64,000 bases of DNA from Squalus acanthias. Lineage: Eukaryota. The position numbers and the translations under genes were made by a program. Under the pieces are notes generated by a model. The model saw only the letters and a list, made by a program, of their open reading frames with translations, was not told the origin of the DNA and made no database searches. Positions 51,330-64,000 of the stretch are shown piece by piece; the first letter of the stretch is position 1, and every line of letters begins with the position of its first letter. The stretch spans positions 4,714,001 through 4,778,000 of the forward strand of contig JASTWF010000033.1 of assembly GCA_030390025.1 (NCBI GenBank). The letters run 5' to 3'.

Positions 51330-54300
51330 GGAGGGAGGGTGAAAAGAAGCAAATAAAATCAAGAATAAATAATAATAATAACATATGTACTTTACTTCTG
51401 TAAATGAAATGTCTGCATTCTGTGATTTGAGTGGACTGGAATAAAATGAATGGAAAGATTCCACAGCAGCTTTTGCTCTGAAAACACTCGACAAACATTC
51501 CCCAATAGAGCCCAGTCCAGAAAAACATCAAATGGATTATTCTGAAAATAATAATAAAATAAATATAATATATATATACTTTGTTTTTACAAAAGTCTTG
51601 TCTTGTCTTAGTTGGGTTTGGAATTAAAGGGGAGTAAGGTCCAACAGCAGGATATGCTCTGACATATCCCACAAACATTCCATGGTAAAGTCCAGTCAAG
51701 AAAAAAATCAAATGGCTTGTTGTATATATGTAGCTTTGATTTTTACAAGTCTTGAAAGAAAGGCAAAGTAAGATCCCACAGCAGTGCGGTCTGGAATGAA
51801 ATCAGTATTATCTAATGGTGTACACTTTGTTATTTCAGACAAGAGATGCAGTACCAATGCACATGGCAGATAATTTGAACACAGACAAGCCCTGCATACA
51901 CACCAGCTTTTGCTCTCTGCCTCTCTCACACACACACACAAACACAGGCCAGTCTGCAAAATTGCCACACAACACTGTCAGCAATGAAGGAAAGTTGATT
52001 TCTCTCATTGCTCTGCTGTGTTTGGCAGTTTAAAAGTAAAAAAACACTTTTCAGTATCTTATCTCTTCATTTTCAGGCCTACAGAAACAGGCTTTCTATT
52101 CTGCATCAAAAGCAAAATACTGCGGATGCTGGAAATCTGAAATTAAAACAGAAAATGCTGCAAATACTCAGCAGGTCAGGCAGCATCTGTGGAGAGAGAG
52201 AGAAACAGAGTTAATTCAGCTCAATGACCTTTCGTCAGATTCTGACGAGAGGTCATCGAACTGAAACGTTAACTATGTTTCTTCCTCTCTCCACAGATGC
52301 CGCCTGAGCTGCTGAGTATTTCCAGCATTTTCTGTTTTGATTTCTAGTCTGCCTGTTGTCTTAATTTCATGTGTCTCGCTCATTGCCTGTCTGCCTTGTC
52401 TTGATTTGAGTAATGTGGAATAAAAAGAATGCAATGATCCCAGAGCAGCTTTTACTGTCAGACAGTCCACAAAGACATTTTTCAGTATCTCACTGACTGA
52501 CTGTCTGTCTTGAAGTAAAGTGAAGTGAAATAAAGTGCAATAAAGTGATACACAACAGCATTATATTTGAACCAGGCAAGAATTAAATCAATAGGGTTTA
52601 ATACAACACCAGCAGATAATAAGACAGCCGACCACATCTCACACAAACACCAGCTTTTGCCCTCTCTCTCTCTCTCTCTCTCACAGTCACACTCACAGCC
52701 TGGCCGGCCTGCAGAATGATGACGGCCATGTTTGAAAATTAAAACCAAAAATACACTTTTCTGCATCTTATCTTTTCACTTTTTGGCCTAAAGAAACAGG
52801 CTTTCTATTCTGCATCTTGCATTTTGATTTCATGCCTCGCTCTCCCACTGGCTATCTGTCTGTCTGTCTCTCACTCACATACTCTCCCTCCCATCCACAG
52901 TGAACTAAAACTTAGAGTGACATGACACACTCACACAGATTCTGCAATTTGCAGAAACACAGACAACCACGCACATACAGAGACACTCACACAGACTCTG
53001 CAATTTGCAGACACACAGACACTGATGCACATACAGACACACTCACACAGACTCTGCAATTTCCAGACACACAGACACTGATGCACATACAGACACACTC
53101 ACACAGACTCTGCAATTTCCAGACACACAGAAACCCACTCACATACAGACTCACTTACACAGACTCTGCAATTTGCAGAAACTCACACTCACACAATTAC
53201 TTTGAAAGTGGTGCAGCCTGGGAGTGTCTATTTTTGATGATGTCCCTTCCAGGCTGTGTGGCCATGTTTGATGAGGACAATCAAACAGGAAGTGGTGAAG
53301 CCGAGGCCCCAGAAATCCGGGTCCCTGAGAGGAAGTGAAAGCCCGGGAGGGTGAAAAGAAGTAAAAACAATCAGGAATAAATAATAATATATATATTTTA
53401 CTTCTGTTAACTAAATGTCTGCCTGTCTGTGGTTTGCCTGGAGTGTAATAAAATAAATGGAAACATCGCACAGCAGCTATTGCTCTGAAAACATCCCAAG
53501 CACATTCCCCAATAAAGCCCAGTTCAGAAAAAAATCAAATGGATTATGCAGAAAATAATTTTAAAAATATAATATATACTTTTTCTTCAACAAATTTCTT
53601 GTTTTGTTTGGGTTGGGCTGAAGGGGAGAGTAAGATCCCACAGCAGGATGTGCCATGAAACACTCCACAAACATTCCCCAATAAAGTCCAGTCCAGAAAA
53701 ATATCAAATGGCTTGATGTATATGTAGATTTGCTTTTTACAACATTTTTGAAAGAAAGGCAAAGTAAGATCCCTCAACAGTGCAGTCTGGCATTAAATTA
53801 AGTATGATCTAATGGTGTATACTTTCCTTTTTTTCAGACATGAGATGCAGTACCAATGAACACGGCAGATAACTTGAACACAGACAAGCCCTGCATACGC
53901 ACCAGCTTTTGCTGTCTGTCTCTCTCTCACATACACATATAGACACAGGCCAGCCTGCAAAATTGCCACAAATCACTGTCAGCAATGAAAGAAAGTTGAT
54001 TTCTATCATAGCTCTGCTCTGTTTGGCAGTTTAAAAGCAAACAGTTTTCAGTATTTTATCTTTTCAGTTTGCGGCCTACAGAAACAGGCTTTCTATTCTA
54101 CATCAAAAGCAAATGCTGTGGATGTGGGAAATCTGAAATCAAAACAGAAAATGCTGGAAATACTCAGCAGGTAAGGCAGCATCTGTGGAGAGAGAAGGAA
54201 CAGAGTTAATATTTCAGCTTCGATTACCTTTTGTCAGATTCTGGCAAGGTTCTGACGAAAGGTCATCGAGCTGAAACATTTACTCTGTTTCTCTGTATCT

Positions 54301-57300
54301 CCACTGATGCTGCCTAACATACTGAGTATTTCCAGCATTTTCTGTTTTTATTTCTATTCTGCATGTTGTCTTGATTTCATGTGTGTCTCTCACTGCCAGC
54401 CAGCCTGTCTGCCTTGTCTTGAATTTAGTAGTGTGGAATAAAAAGAATGCAAATAGCCCAGAGCAGCTTTTATTGTCAGACAGTCCACATAGACATTTTT
54501 CAGTATCTGACTGACTGACTGTCTGTCTTGAAGCGATGTGAAATGAAATAAAGTGCAATGAAGTGATACACAACAGCATTACATGTGGACCAGGCCAGAA
54601 TGAAATCAATAGGGTTTAATACAACAACAGCAGGTAATAAGACAGCAGACCACATCTCACACAAACACCAGATTTTGCCCTCTCTCTGTCTCTCTCTCTC
54701 TGACACACACAAACACACACAGAGAGACTCTCACAGCCTGACCAGCCTGCAGAATGATGACTGCCATGTTGTAAAATTAAAACCAAAAATACACTTTTCT
54801 GTATCTTATCTTTTCACTTTGTGGCCTACAGAAACAGGCTTTCTATTCTGCATCTTGCCTTTTGATTTCATGTCTCGCTCTCTCACTGTCCATATGTCTG
54901 TCTGTCTCTCACTCACACACTCTCCCTCCCATCCACAGTGAACTAAAACTTACTGTGACATGACACACAGACACACACAGATTCTGCAATTTGCAGACAC
55001 ACAGACACCCACTTACATACAAATACACTCACACAGACTCTGTAACTTGCAAAAACTCACACACACACATTTATTTTGAAAGGGTACAGCCTGGAGTGTC
55101 TATTTTTGATGAATACCCTTCCTGGTTGAGTGGCCATGTTTGATGAGGACAATCCAACAGGAAGAAGTGAAGCCGAGGCCCCAGAAATCCGGGTCCCCGA
55201 GAGGAAATGAAAGCCCGGGAGGGTGAAAAGAAGTAAATACAATCAGGATTAAATAAAATATATACTTTACTTCTGTTAATTAAATGTCTGCCTGTCTGTG
55301 GTTTGCTTGGAGTGTAATACAATGAATGGAAAGATCCCACAGCAGCTTTTGCTCTGAAAACATCCCAAGCACATTCCCCAATAAAGACAAGTCCAGAAAA
55401 AAATCAAATGGATTATTTGAAAACAATCAAAAAATATAATATATACTTTTGCTCTAACAAATGTCTTGTCTTGTTTGGGTTGGCCTGAAGGGGAGAGTAA
55501 GATCCCACAGCAGGATGTGCCATGAAACACTCCACAAACATTCCCCTATAAAGTCCAGTCCAGAAAAATATCACATGGCTTGATGTATATATGTAGAATT
55601 GCTTTTTTACAAAATACTTGAAAGAAAGGCAAAGTAAGATACCACAACAGTGCAGTCTGGAATTAAATCAATATGATCAAATGGAGTAAACTTTCTGTTT
55701 CTTTCAGACATGAGATGCAGTACCAATGCACACAGCAGATAACTTGAACACAGACAAGCCCTGCATACACACCAGCTTTTGCTGTCTGTCTCTCTCTCTG
55801 TCACACACACACACACACACACAGCCAGCCTGCAAAATTGCCACAAATCACAGTCTGCTATGTTTGGCAGTTTAAAAGCAAACAGACAGTTTTCAGTATT
55901 TAATTTTTACATTTTGCGGCCTACCGAAACAGGCTTTCTATTCTTCATCAAAAGCAAATCCTGTGGATGTGGGAAATCTGAAATGAAAACAGAAAATGCT
56001 GGAAATACTCAGCAGGTAAGGCAGCATCTGTGGAGAGAGAGAGAAACAGAGTTAATGTTTCAGCTCGATTACCTTTTGTCAGTTTCTGGGAAGGTTCTGA
56101 CGAAAGGTCATCGAGCTGAAACATTTACTCTGTTTCTCTGTATCTCCACTGATGCTGCCTAACCTACGGAGTATTTCCAGCATTTTCTTTTTTTATTTCG
56201 ATTCTGCATGTTGTCTTGATTTCATGTCTCTCTCACTGCCTGCCAGCCTTGTCTTGATTTGAGTAGAGTGGAATAAAAAGAATGCAAAGATCCCAGGGCA
56301 GCTTTTATTGTCAGATAGTCCACAAAGACATTTTTCGGCATCTCACTGACTGTCCGACTTGAAGTGAAGTGAAATGAAATAAAGTGCAATAAAGTGATAC
56401 ATAACAGCATTACATGTGGACCAGGCCAGAATGAAATCAACAGGGTTTAATACAACAACAGCAGGTAATAAGACAGCAGACCACATCTCACACAAACACC
56501 AGCTTTTGACCTCTCTCTCTCTCTCACACACACTCAGCCTGGACAGCCTGCAGAGGGATGACTGCCGTGTTGGAAGATTAAAACCAAAAAGACACTTTTC
56601 AGTATCTTATCTTTTCAATTTGTGGCCTACAGAAACAGGCTTTCTATTCTGCTACTTGCCTTTTGATTTCATGTCTCTCTCTCTCTCACTGACTGTCTGT
56701 CTGCCACTCACACAGTCTCCCTCCCAACCACATTGAACTAAAATTTACATTAACACCCTCACACAGACTCTGCAATTGGCAGACACACAGATACCCACGC
56801 ACATACATACACACTCACAGACTCTGCAATTTGCAGAAACTCACACACAATCACACAATTATTTTGAAAAATTCGGAGCCTGGGAGTGTCAATTTTTGAT
56901 GATGTCCCTTCCTGGTTGTGCTACCATGTTTGATGAGGGCAATCAAACAGGAAGAAGTGAAACCGAGACCCAAGAAATCCGTGCCCCCGAGAGGAAATGA
57001 AAGCCTGGGAGGGTGAAAAGAAGTAAATACAGTCAGGAATAAATAATAATATATATACTTTACTTCTGTTCACTAAATGTCTGCCTGTCTGTGGTTTGCC
57101 TGGAGTGTAATAAAATGAATGGAAAGATCGCACAGCAAGTTTTGCTCAGAAAAATTCCCAAGCACATTCCCCGATAAACCCAGTCCAGAAAAAAATCAAA
57201 TGGATTATTCTGAAAATAATTTAAAAAGTATAATATATACTTTTTTTTTTAAATGTCTTGTCTTGTTTGAGTTGGGATGAAGGGGAGAGCAAGATCCCAC

Positions 57301-57903
57301 AGCAGGATGTGCCATGAAACACTCCACAAACATTCCCCAATAAAGCCCAGTCCAGAAAAATATCAAATGGCTTGATGTAAATATGTAGATTTGCTTTTTA
57401 CAAAATTCTTGAAAGAAAGGCAAAGTAAGATCCCACAACAGTGCAGTCTGGAATTAAATCAATATGATAAAATGGAGTAAACTTTGTTTTTTTCAGACAT
57501 GAGATGCATTATCAATGAACACGTCAGATAACTTGAACACAGACAAGCCCTGCATACACACCAGATTTTGCTCTGTCTCTCTCTCTCACACAGCCAGCCT
57601 GCAAAATCGTCACAAATTACTGTCAGCAATGAAAGAAAGTTGATTTCTATTATTGTTCTGCTATGTTTGGCACTTTAAAAGCAAACAGACAGTTTTCAGT
57701 ATTTTATCTTTTCAGTTTGCGGCCTACAGCAACAGGCTTTCTATTCTGCATCAAAACCAAATGCTGTGGATGTAGGTAATCTGAAATCAAAAGAGAAAAT
57801 GCTGGAAATACTCAGCAGGTAAGGCAGCATTGGTGGAAAGAGAGAGAAACAGAGTTAATGTTTCGGCTTGATTACCTTTTGTCAGATTCTGGCAAGGTTC
57901 TGT
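51330..57903. repeat. Macrosatellite / tandem segmental repeat, ~1.8-2.0-kb unit, ~3.5 copies
   Basis: Anchor gggagggtgaaaagaag at ~51333, 53345, 55217 and 57007; colinear, diverged units. Confidence 0.9.
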
Positions 57904-60900
57904 CATAAGAACATAAGAACATAACATAAGAAATAGGAGCAGGAGTAGACCAATAGTCCCCTCGAGCCTGCTCCGCCATTCAATGAGATCATGGCTGATC
58001 TGATCCAACCTCAACTCTAAAGAACACAAGAAGCAGGAGCAGGACCAGGCCACTCGGCCCCTGGGCCCGCTCCGCCACCCACAGGGCCTTGACCGATCCG
58101 AACTCAAACTCATGTCCAATTTCCAGCCCGCTCCCCGTAACCCCTAATTCCCTTTACTTCTAGGAAATGGTCTATTTCTGTTTTAAATTTATTTAATGAA
58201 GTAGCTTCCACAGCTTCCTGGGGTAGCAAATTCCACAGACCCACTACCCTCTGAGTGAAGAAGTTTCTCCTCATCTCAGTTTTGAAAAAGCAGCCCCTTA
58301 TTCTAAGATTATGTCCCCTCATTCTAGTTTCACCCATCATTGGGAACATGCTAACCGCGTCCACCCGATCAAGCCCCTTCACAATCTTATATGTTTCAAT
58401 AAGATCGCCTCTCATTCTTCTGAACTCCAATGAGTAGAGTCCCAATCTACTCAACCTCTCCTCGTATGTACACCCCCTCATCCCAGGAATTAACCGAGTG
58501 AACCTTCTTTGTACTGCCTCGAGAGCAAGTATGTCTTTTCTTAAGTATGGACACCAAAACTGTATGCAGTACTAGAGGTGCGGTCTCACCAATACCCTAT
58601 ACAACTGCAGCAATACCTCCCTGTTTTTATATTCTATCCCCCTAGCAATAAAAGCCAACATTCCATTGGCTTTCTTGATCACCTGCTGCACCTGCAGACT
58701 AACTTTTTGATTTTCTTGCACCAAGACCCCCAGATCCCTTTGTACTGCAGTACTTTCCAGTTTCTCGCCATTAAGATAAGGACTTGCTCTCTGATTTTTC
58801 CTGCCAATGTGTATAACCTCAGATTTTCCAATATTGTATTGCATCTGCCAAATCTCTGCCCACTCACCCAGCCTGTCTATATCCCCTTGTAGGTTTTTTA
58901 TGTGCTCCTCACTCTCTAATTTCCCTCCCATCTTTGTATCATCTGCAAACTTTGATATGTTACACTCGGTCCCCTCCTCCAAATCGTTAATATAGATTGT
59001 AAAGAGTTGGGGACCCAGCACCGAACCCTGCGGAACACCACTGGCAACTGGTTGCCAGTCCGAGAATGAACAATTTATCCCAACTCTCTGCTTCCTGTTA
59101 GATAACCAATCCTCCACCCATGCCAGAATATTACCCCCAATCCAGTGTATTTTATTTTGAGTAATAATCTTTTATGTGGCACCTTGTCGAATGCCTTCTG
59201 GAAGTCTAAATGCACTACATCCACTGGTTCCCCTTTATCCACCCTGTACGTTATGTCCTCAAAGAACTCAAGCAAATTTGTCAGACATGACTTCCCATTC
59301 ATAAAGCCATGCTGACTTTGTCCTATTAAATTATGTTTATCTAAATGTTCCGTTACTGTCTCCTTAATAATAGACTCCAAAATTTTACCCACCACAGATG
59401 TTAGGCTAACTGGTCTATAATTTTCAGCCTTCTGCCTACAACCGTTTTTAAATAAGGGTGTTACATTAGCAGTTTTCCAATCTGCCGGGACCTTTGCTGA
59501 GTTCAGGGAGTTTTGGAAAATTATTACCAAAGCATCCACAATTCCTACTGCCACTTCCCTCAAGACCCTAGGATATAAGCCATCAGGTCCAGGGGATTTA
59601 TCCGTCTTGAGTCCCATTATTTTACTGAGTATCAATTCCTTAGTGATTTTAATCGTATTTAGCTCCTCCCCCACTAGAGCCCCCTGTTTGTCCAGTGTTG
59701 GGATATTCTTAGTGTCCTCTACCGTAAAGACTGAAACAAAATATTTGTTCAGCATTTTTGCCATCTCCATGTTTCCCACCATTAATTTCCCGATCTCATC
59801 CTCTAAGGGACCTACGTTTGCCTTAACCACCCTTTTTCATTTTATATAACTATAGAAACTCTTGCTGTCTGTTTTTATATTTTTTGCTAATTTACTTTCA
59901 TAGTCTATTTTCCCTTTCTTAATCAATCCTTTAGTTACTTTTTGTTGTCTTTTGAAGACTTCCCAATCTTCTATCCTCCCACTAACTTTGGCTACCTTAT
60001 ATGTCCTTGTTTTTAGTTGGATACTTTCTTTAATTTCTTTACTTAGCCATGGGATGGCTGTCATTTCTTTTACACCCTTTTTTCCTCAGTGGAATATATT
60101 TATTTTGATAGTTGTAAAATAACTCCTTGAATGAACACCACTGCCAATGTACCGTCTTACCCTTTAATCTATTTTCCCAGTCCACTTTAATCAATTTTGC
60201 TCTCATACCATCATAGTCTCCTTTATTCAAGCTCAGTATGCTTGTTTGAGAACCAACCTTCTCACCCTCTAATTGGATATGGAATTCAACCCTGTTATGG
60301 TCACTCATTCCAAGGGGATCCTTAACTAGGACATTATTAATTAATCCTGACTCATTACACAGGACCAGGTCCAAGGTTGCTTGCCCCCTTGTAGGATCAG
60401 TTACATATTGCTCAAGAAATCCATCCCTAAGACACTCAATAAACTCTTCAAGGCTGCCCTGCCCAAATTGATTTGTCCAGTTAATATGATAGTTAAAATT
60501 CCCCATAATTATAGCTGTTCCCTTATTACATGCCCCAACTATTTCCTGATTAATACTTCTTCCAACAGAGTTGCAACAATTAAGAGGCCTATATACTACG
60601 CCCACCAGTTTATTTTTTCCCCTTATTATTCCTTATCTCTACCCAAACTGTTTCATTATCCTGATCTTTTGACCCAATATCATTTCTCTGTATTACACTG
60701 ATTCCTTCCTTTATTAACATAGCCACCCCCCCCTCCCCTTCCTTCCTGCCTGTCCCTCCTGATTGATAAATACCCTGGCATATTTCTTTCCCAGACGTTT
60801 TCACCCTGCAGCCATGTTTCTGTAATGGCCACAAGATCATACCCATACATAGTTTTTTGTGCTGTTAACTCGTCCATTTTGTTACGAATGCTACGTGCAT

Positions 60901-61935
60901 TCAGATAAAGAACTTTCAAATTTGTTTTGTGACACTTACTTCCTGCTTTTTCCTTATTTAACACTTTACCTTTTACTCCATACCTTCTGTCCCTTCCTGA
61001 CATGCTTTCCTCTGTCTCCCTGCTCAGGTTCACAACCCCCTGCCACATTAGTTTAAATCCTCCCCAAAAGCACTAGCAAACACTCCCCCTAGGACAGCGG
61101 TCCCGGCCCTGCCCAGGTGCAGACCGTCCGGTTTGTACTGGTCCCACCTCCCCCAGAACCGGTTCCAATGTCCCAGGAATTTGAATCCCTCCCCCTTGCA
61201 CCATTCCTCTAGCCACGTATTCATTTGAAATATCCTCCTATATCTACTCTGACTAGCACGTGGCACTGGTAGCAATCCTGAGATTACTACCTTTGAGGTC
61301 CTATTTTTTAATTTACCTCCTAACTCCCTATATTCTGCTTTTATGACCTCATCCCGTTTTTTACCTATATCGTTGGTGCCTATGTGCACCACGACAGCTC
61401 GCTATTCGCCCTCCCCCTCCAAAATGTTCTGTAGCCGCTCCGAGACGTCCTTGACCCTTGCACCAGGGAGGCAACACACCATCCTGGAGTCTCGGTTGCG
61501 GCCACAGAAACGCCTATCTATTCCCCTTACAATTGAGTCACCTATCACTATAGCTCTTCCACTCTTTTTCCTCCCAGCCTGTGCAGCAGAGCCGCCCATG
61601 GTGCCAGGAAGTTGGCTGCTGCTGCCTTCCCCTGCTAAGTCCATCACCCCCAACAGTATCTAAAGCGGTATATCTGTTTGAGAGGGGGATGGCCACAGGG
61701 GTCCCCTGCACTACCTGCCTGCACCTCCTACTCTGCCTGGTGGTCACCCATTCCCTTCCTGCCTGTACACCCTTCACCTGCGGTGTGTCCAACTCTCTAA
61801 ACGTGCTATCCACGAGGTTCTCAGCATCGCGAATGCTCCAATATGCATCCATCCGCAGCTCCAGCGCTGCAATGCGGTCTGTCAGTAGCTGCAGCTGGAT
61901 ACACTTCCCGCACACATGGTCGTCAGGGACACAGG
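57904..61935 (-). mobile_element. Near full-length CR1 LINE (ORF1 zinc-finger end, coiled coil and esterase; ORF2 APE-RT), frameshifted
   Basis: CGKCIQL, VIGDSIVR, HIGTND, DGLHL; YLNARSIRNK, SDH; KFADDTKM; cataagaa tail at ~57905. Confidence 0.95.
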
Positions 61936-61985
61936 AAGGGGAAGAATTTCTGAAGAGTGTTCTGATTGAGTGTTTGATGAATTAA

Positions 61986-62661
61986 GGCCTGATTTTACCA
62001 GCTTAAGGTTGTTGAAGAATAGAAAAATTCAATTTGATAACTCATTTATAAATTAAAAATACTCTTCAAAAAGGGAAGTTTATTTTTAGCCCCGTAAAAA
62101 AAAATTTTTTTCAAAAAAATAAAATGTTTGTAATAAATATTTAATTAAATTGAATTTGAATTAATTTTAATTAAGTAATGTATTTTTAAAAATGTATTTA
62201 ATGTTTTAGTCTGTTTTTAACTGTGATCACGATTCATACTTTTGACAGTTCTGTGCGTACAGAACTCTCAAAAGGATGAAGGGGGATTCCCTTCTTTGAT
62301 TGGTTCACCTGCCCACGTGATCCCAGGGATGCTTGCAAACCGCATGCGCCCCTGGGATACCTGGGCCTCTGCGCATTTCCAACAGGAGAGTCTTCTCTTC
62401 TTAGGCAGTCCCTCGGAACCGAGGATGACTTGCTTCCACATTAAAAATGAGTTCTCAAGGTGACTGATGAGTCCAATGCGAGCCATGAGGGTCCTGACGT
62501 TCCAGGTCCCGAAGTTCATTTGAAAGGGTGGAAGATGCCTGTGCGAACGTGTGCCAGGATCAGAAGCCTCGGGATCGATGGGACCAGCAGGTAGGTTTGT
62601 AGATTTTTGTCCGATCAAAGGCATCTTCCCGCAGGAAGCCTCCGATCGGAAATTCAGGGCC
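61986..62661. mobile_element. Third, degenerate copy of the Harbinger-like MITE family containing an RTE-type LINE 5' fragment
   Basis: Shared core gcccacgtgatcccaggg...gcgcccctgggata; right end aaattcagggcc; minus strand ~62480-62520 reads MNFGTWNVRTLM, an APE start typical of RTE. Confidence 0.55.
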
Positions 62662-62699
62662 AATGTTTTTCTCACTGGAGAGAAGTGTGCACTTGTGAC

Positions 62700-64000
62700 C
62701 CCAGGGGTCGGTATATATATTAATCACTTGGACTTGGGTATACAGTGCATAATTTCAAAGCTTGAAGATGACAAGAAAATCATAAAAGTGGTAAATATTG
62801 AGGAGGTTAGTATTAGAATTCAGGAGGACAGAGACAGACTAGTGCAATACGCAGACACATGGGAGATGAAATGTAACGCAGAGAAGTGTGAATCGATGCA
62901 TTTTGGAAAAAAGAATTGGGAGATGCAATATAAACTATATGGTACAATTTTATAGTGGGTGCAGGCACAGTAAAACAGAAGGGTATACGTACATAAATCT
63001 TTAAAGGTGGCAGGACTAGTTTTTCAGAAAGTATACAGGGTTTTGTGCTTGTTAAATAGAAGCAGAGGAATATAGGAACCCAGGAACAGGAGTAGGCCAT
63101 TCATCTCCTGGAGCCTGTTCTGACATTCAATTAGATCATGGTGGATCTGTATCTTAACTCCATCTACCCACCTTGGTTCCGTAATCCTAAATACCCTTCC
63201 CTAACAATCTATCAATCTCAGTTTTGAAATTTTCAATTGACCGAAACCTCAACAGATTTTTGAGGGCGAGTGTTCCAGATTTCCACTACCATTTGTGTGA
63301 AGAAATGCTTTCTAACATCATCCCTGAACGGCTTAGCTGTGCTTTGAGGTTAACCCCATTCTTCTGGATTCCTGCACCAGAGGAAATAGTTTGTCTCTTT
63401 CAATCCTATCAATTCCTTTGATTATCTTAAACACCTCAATTAGATTCCCCCTTAATCGTGTATATACACAGGGGAATACAAACGTTGTCTATGCATTCAG
63501 TCCTCATAACTTAATAATTTTAGCCCTTGTGTCATTCTGGTGAATCTCAGCTGCAACCTCTACAAGGCCACTATATCCTTCCTGAGGTCCAGTGCCCAGA
63601 ACTTGACACAGAAATCACAATGGGGTCTAACCAGAGCTCTGTACAGGTGCAGCAGAACTTCTCGCTGTTTGTATTCCAGCCCTCGAGATAAAGCCCAACA
63701 TTCCATTTCACTGTTGACTTATTTTTTGCAACGATTGACTATCATTTAGTGATTGCCGTACTCGGAGCCCTAACTCTCTCTGCTCATCCACAGTTCCGAG
63801 CTTCTCGCCATCTAGAAAATACTCTGATCTCTCTTTTTCAGGTCCAAAGTGATGGAGCTCACACTTTCCCACTTTGATCTCCATCTGCCAGAGTTTTGCC
63901 CAGAGAGTGCAAAATCAAGGGAGTTAGGCTCAACCTTCATCAGTCACTGGCGTCAGCTGGAGTATTGTATCCAATTCTATCGCCGCACTTGAAGAAGGCT
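62700..64000. mobile_element. Degenerate CR1 fragments on both strands
   Basis: YINHLDLG..ISKLEDDKK and WEMKCNAEKC on plus; a CR1 3' end on minus from ~63070. Confidence 0.75.

Noticed and set aside
53262..53340. Box C/D snoRNA or mini-exon (TGATGA...CTGA; MFDEDNQTG...) in the macrosatellite unit
   Set aside because: Box D and the splice acceptor are not retained in the other units (ccccga, cctgg), and there is no terminal stem.

Overview
Repeat-dense vertebrate genomic DNA, most likely from a shark or ray (HE1/V-SINE, CR1 LINEs with 8-bp tails, Penelope remnants, GPR139-like receptor exon). The only clear host gene is a rhodopsin-family GPCR coding exon (7885-8843). The centrepiece is a defective, rearranged endogenous retrovirus-like element (25144-44438). 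It has ~1.03-kb TG..CA LTRs, a tRNA-Arg PBS, coiled-coil/CCHC Gag joined in frame to Pol through a single UGA-CUAG stop, a retrovirus-type RT, two RNase H-like domains and an HHCC integrase. Its env-like gene has a signal peptide, an apparent immunoglobulin domain, an F-protein-like segment and a heptad/TM anchor. The architecture suggests a lokiretrovirus-like lineage carrying an Ig domain (inference). The provirus contains a ~4.6-kb inverted duplication. Also present are Penelope-derived hammerhead ribozyme motifs (one fold-back insertion carries two), Harbinger-like MITEs, many CR1 copies, five short-period tandem repeat families and a ~1.9-kb macrosatellite. All coordinates and identities were read by eye; no searches were run.
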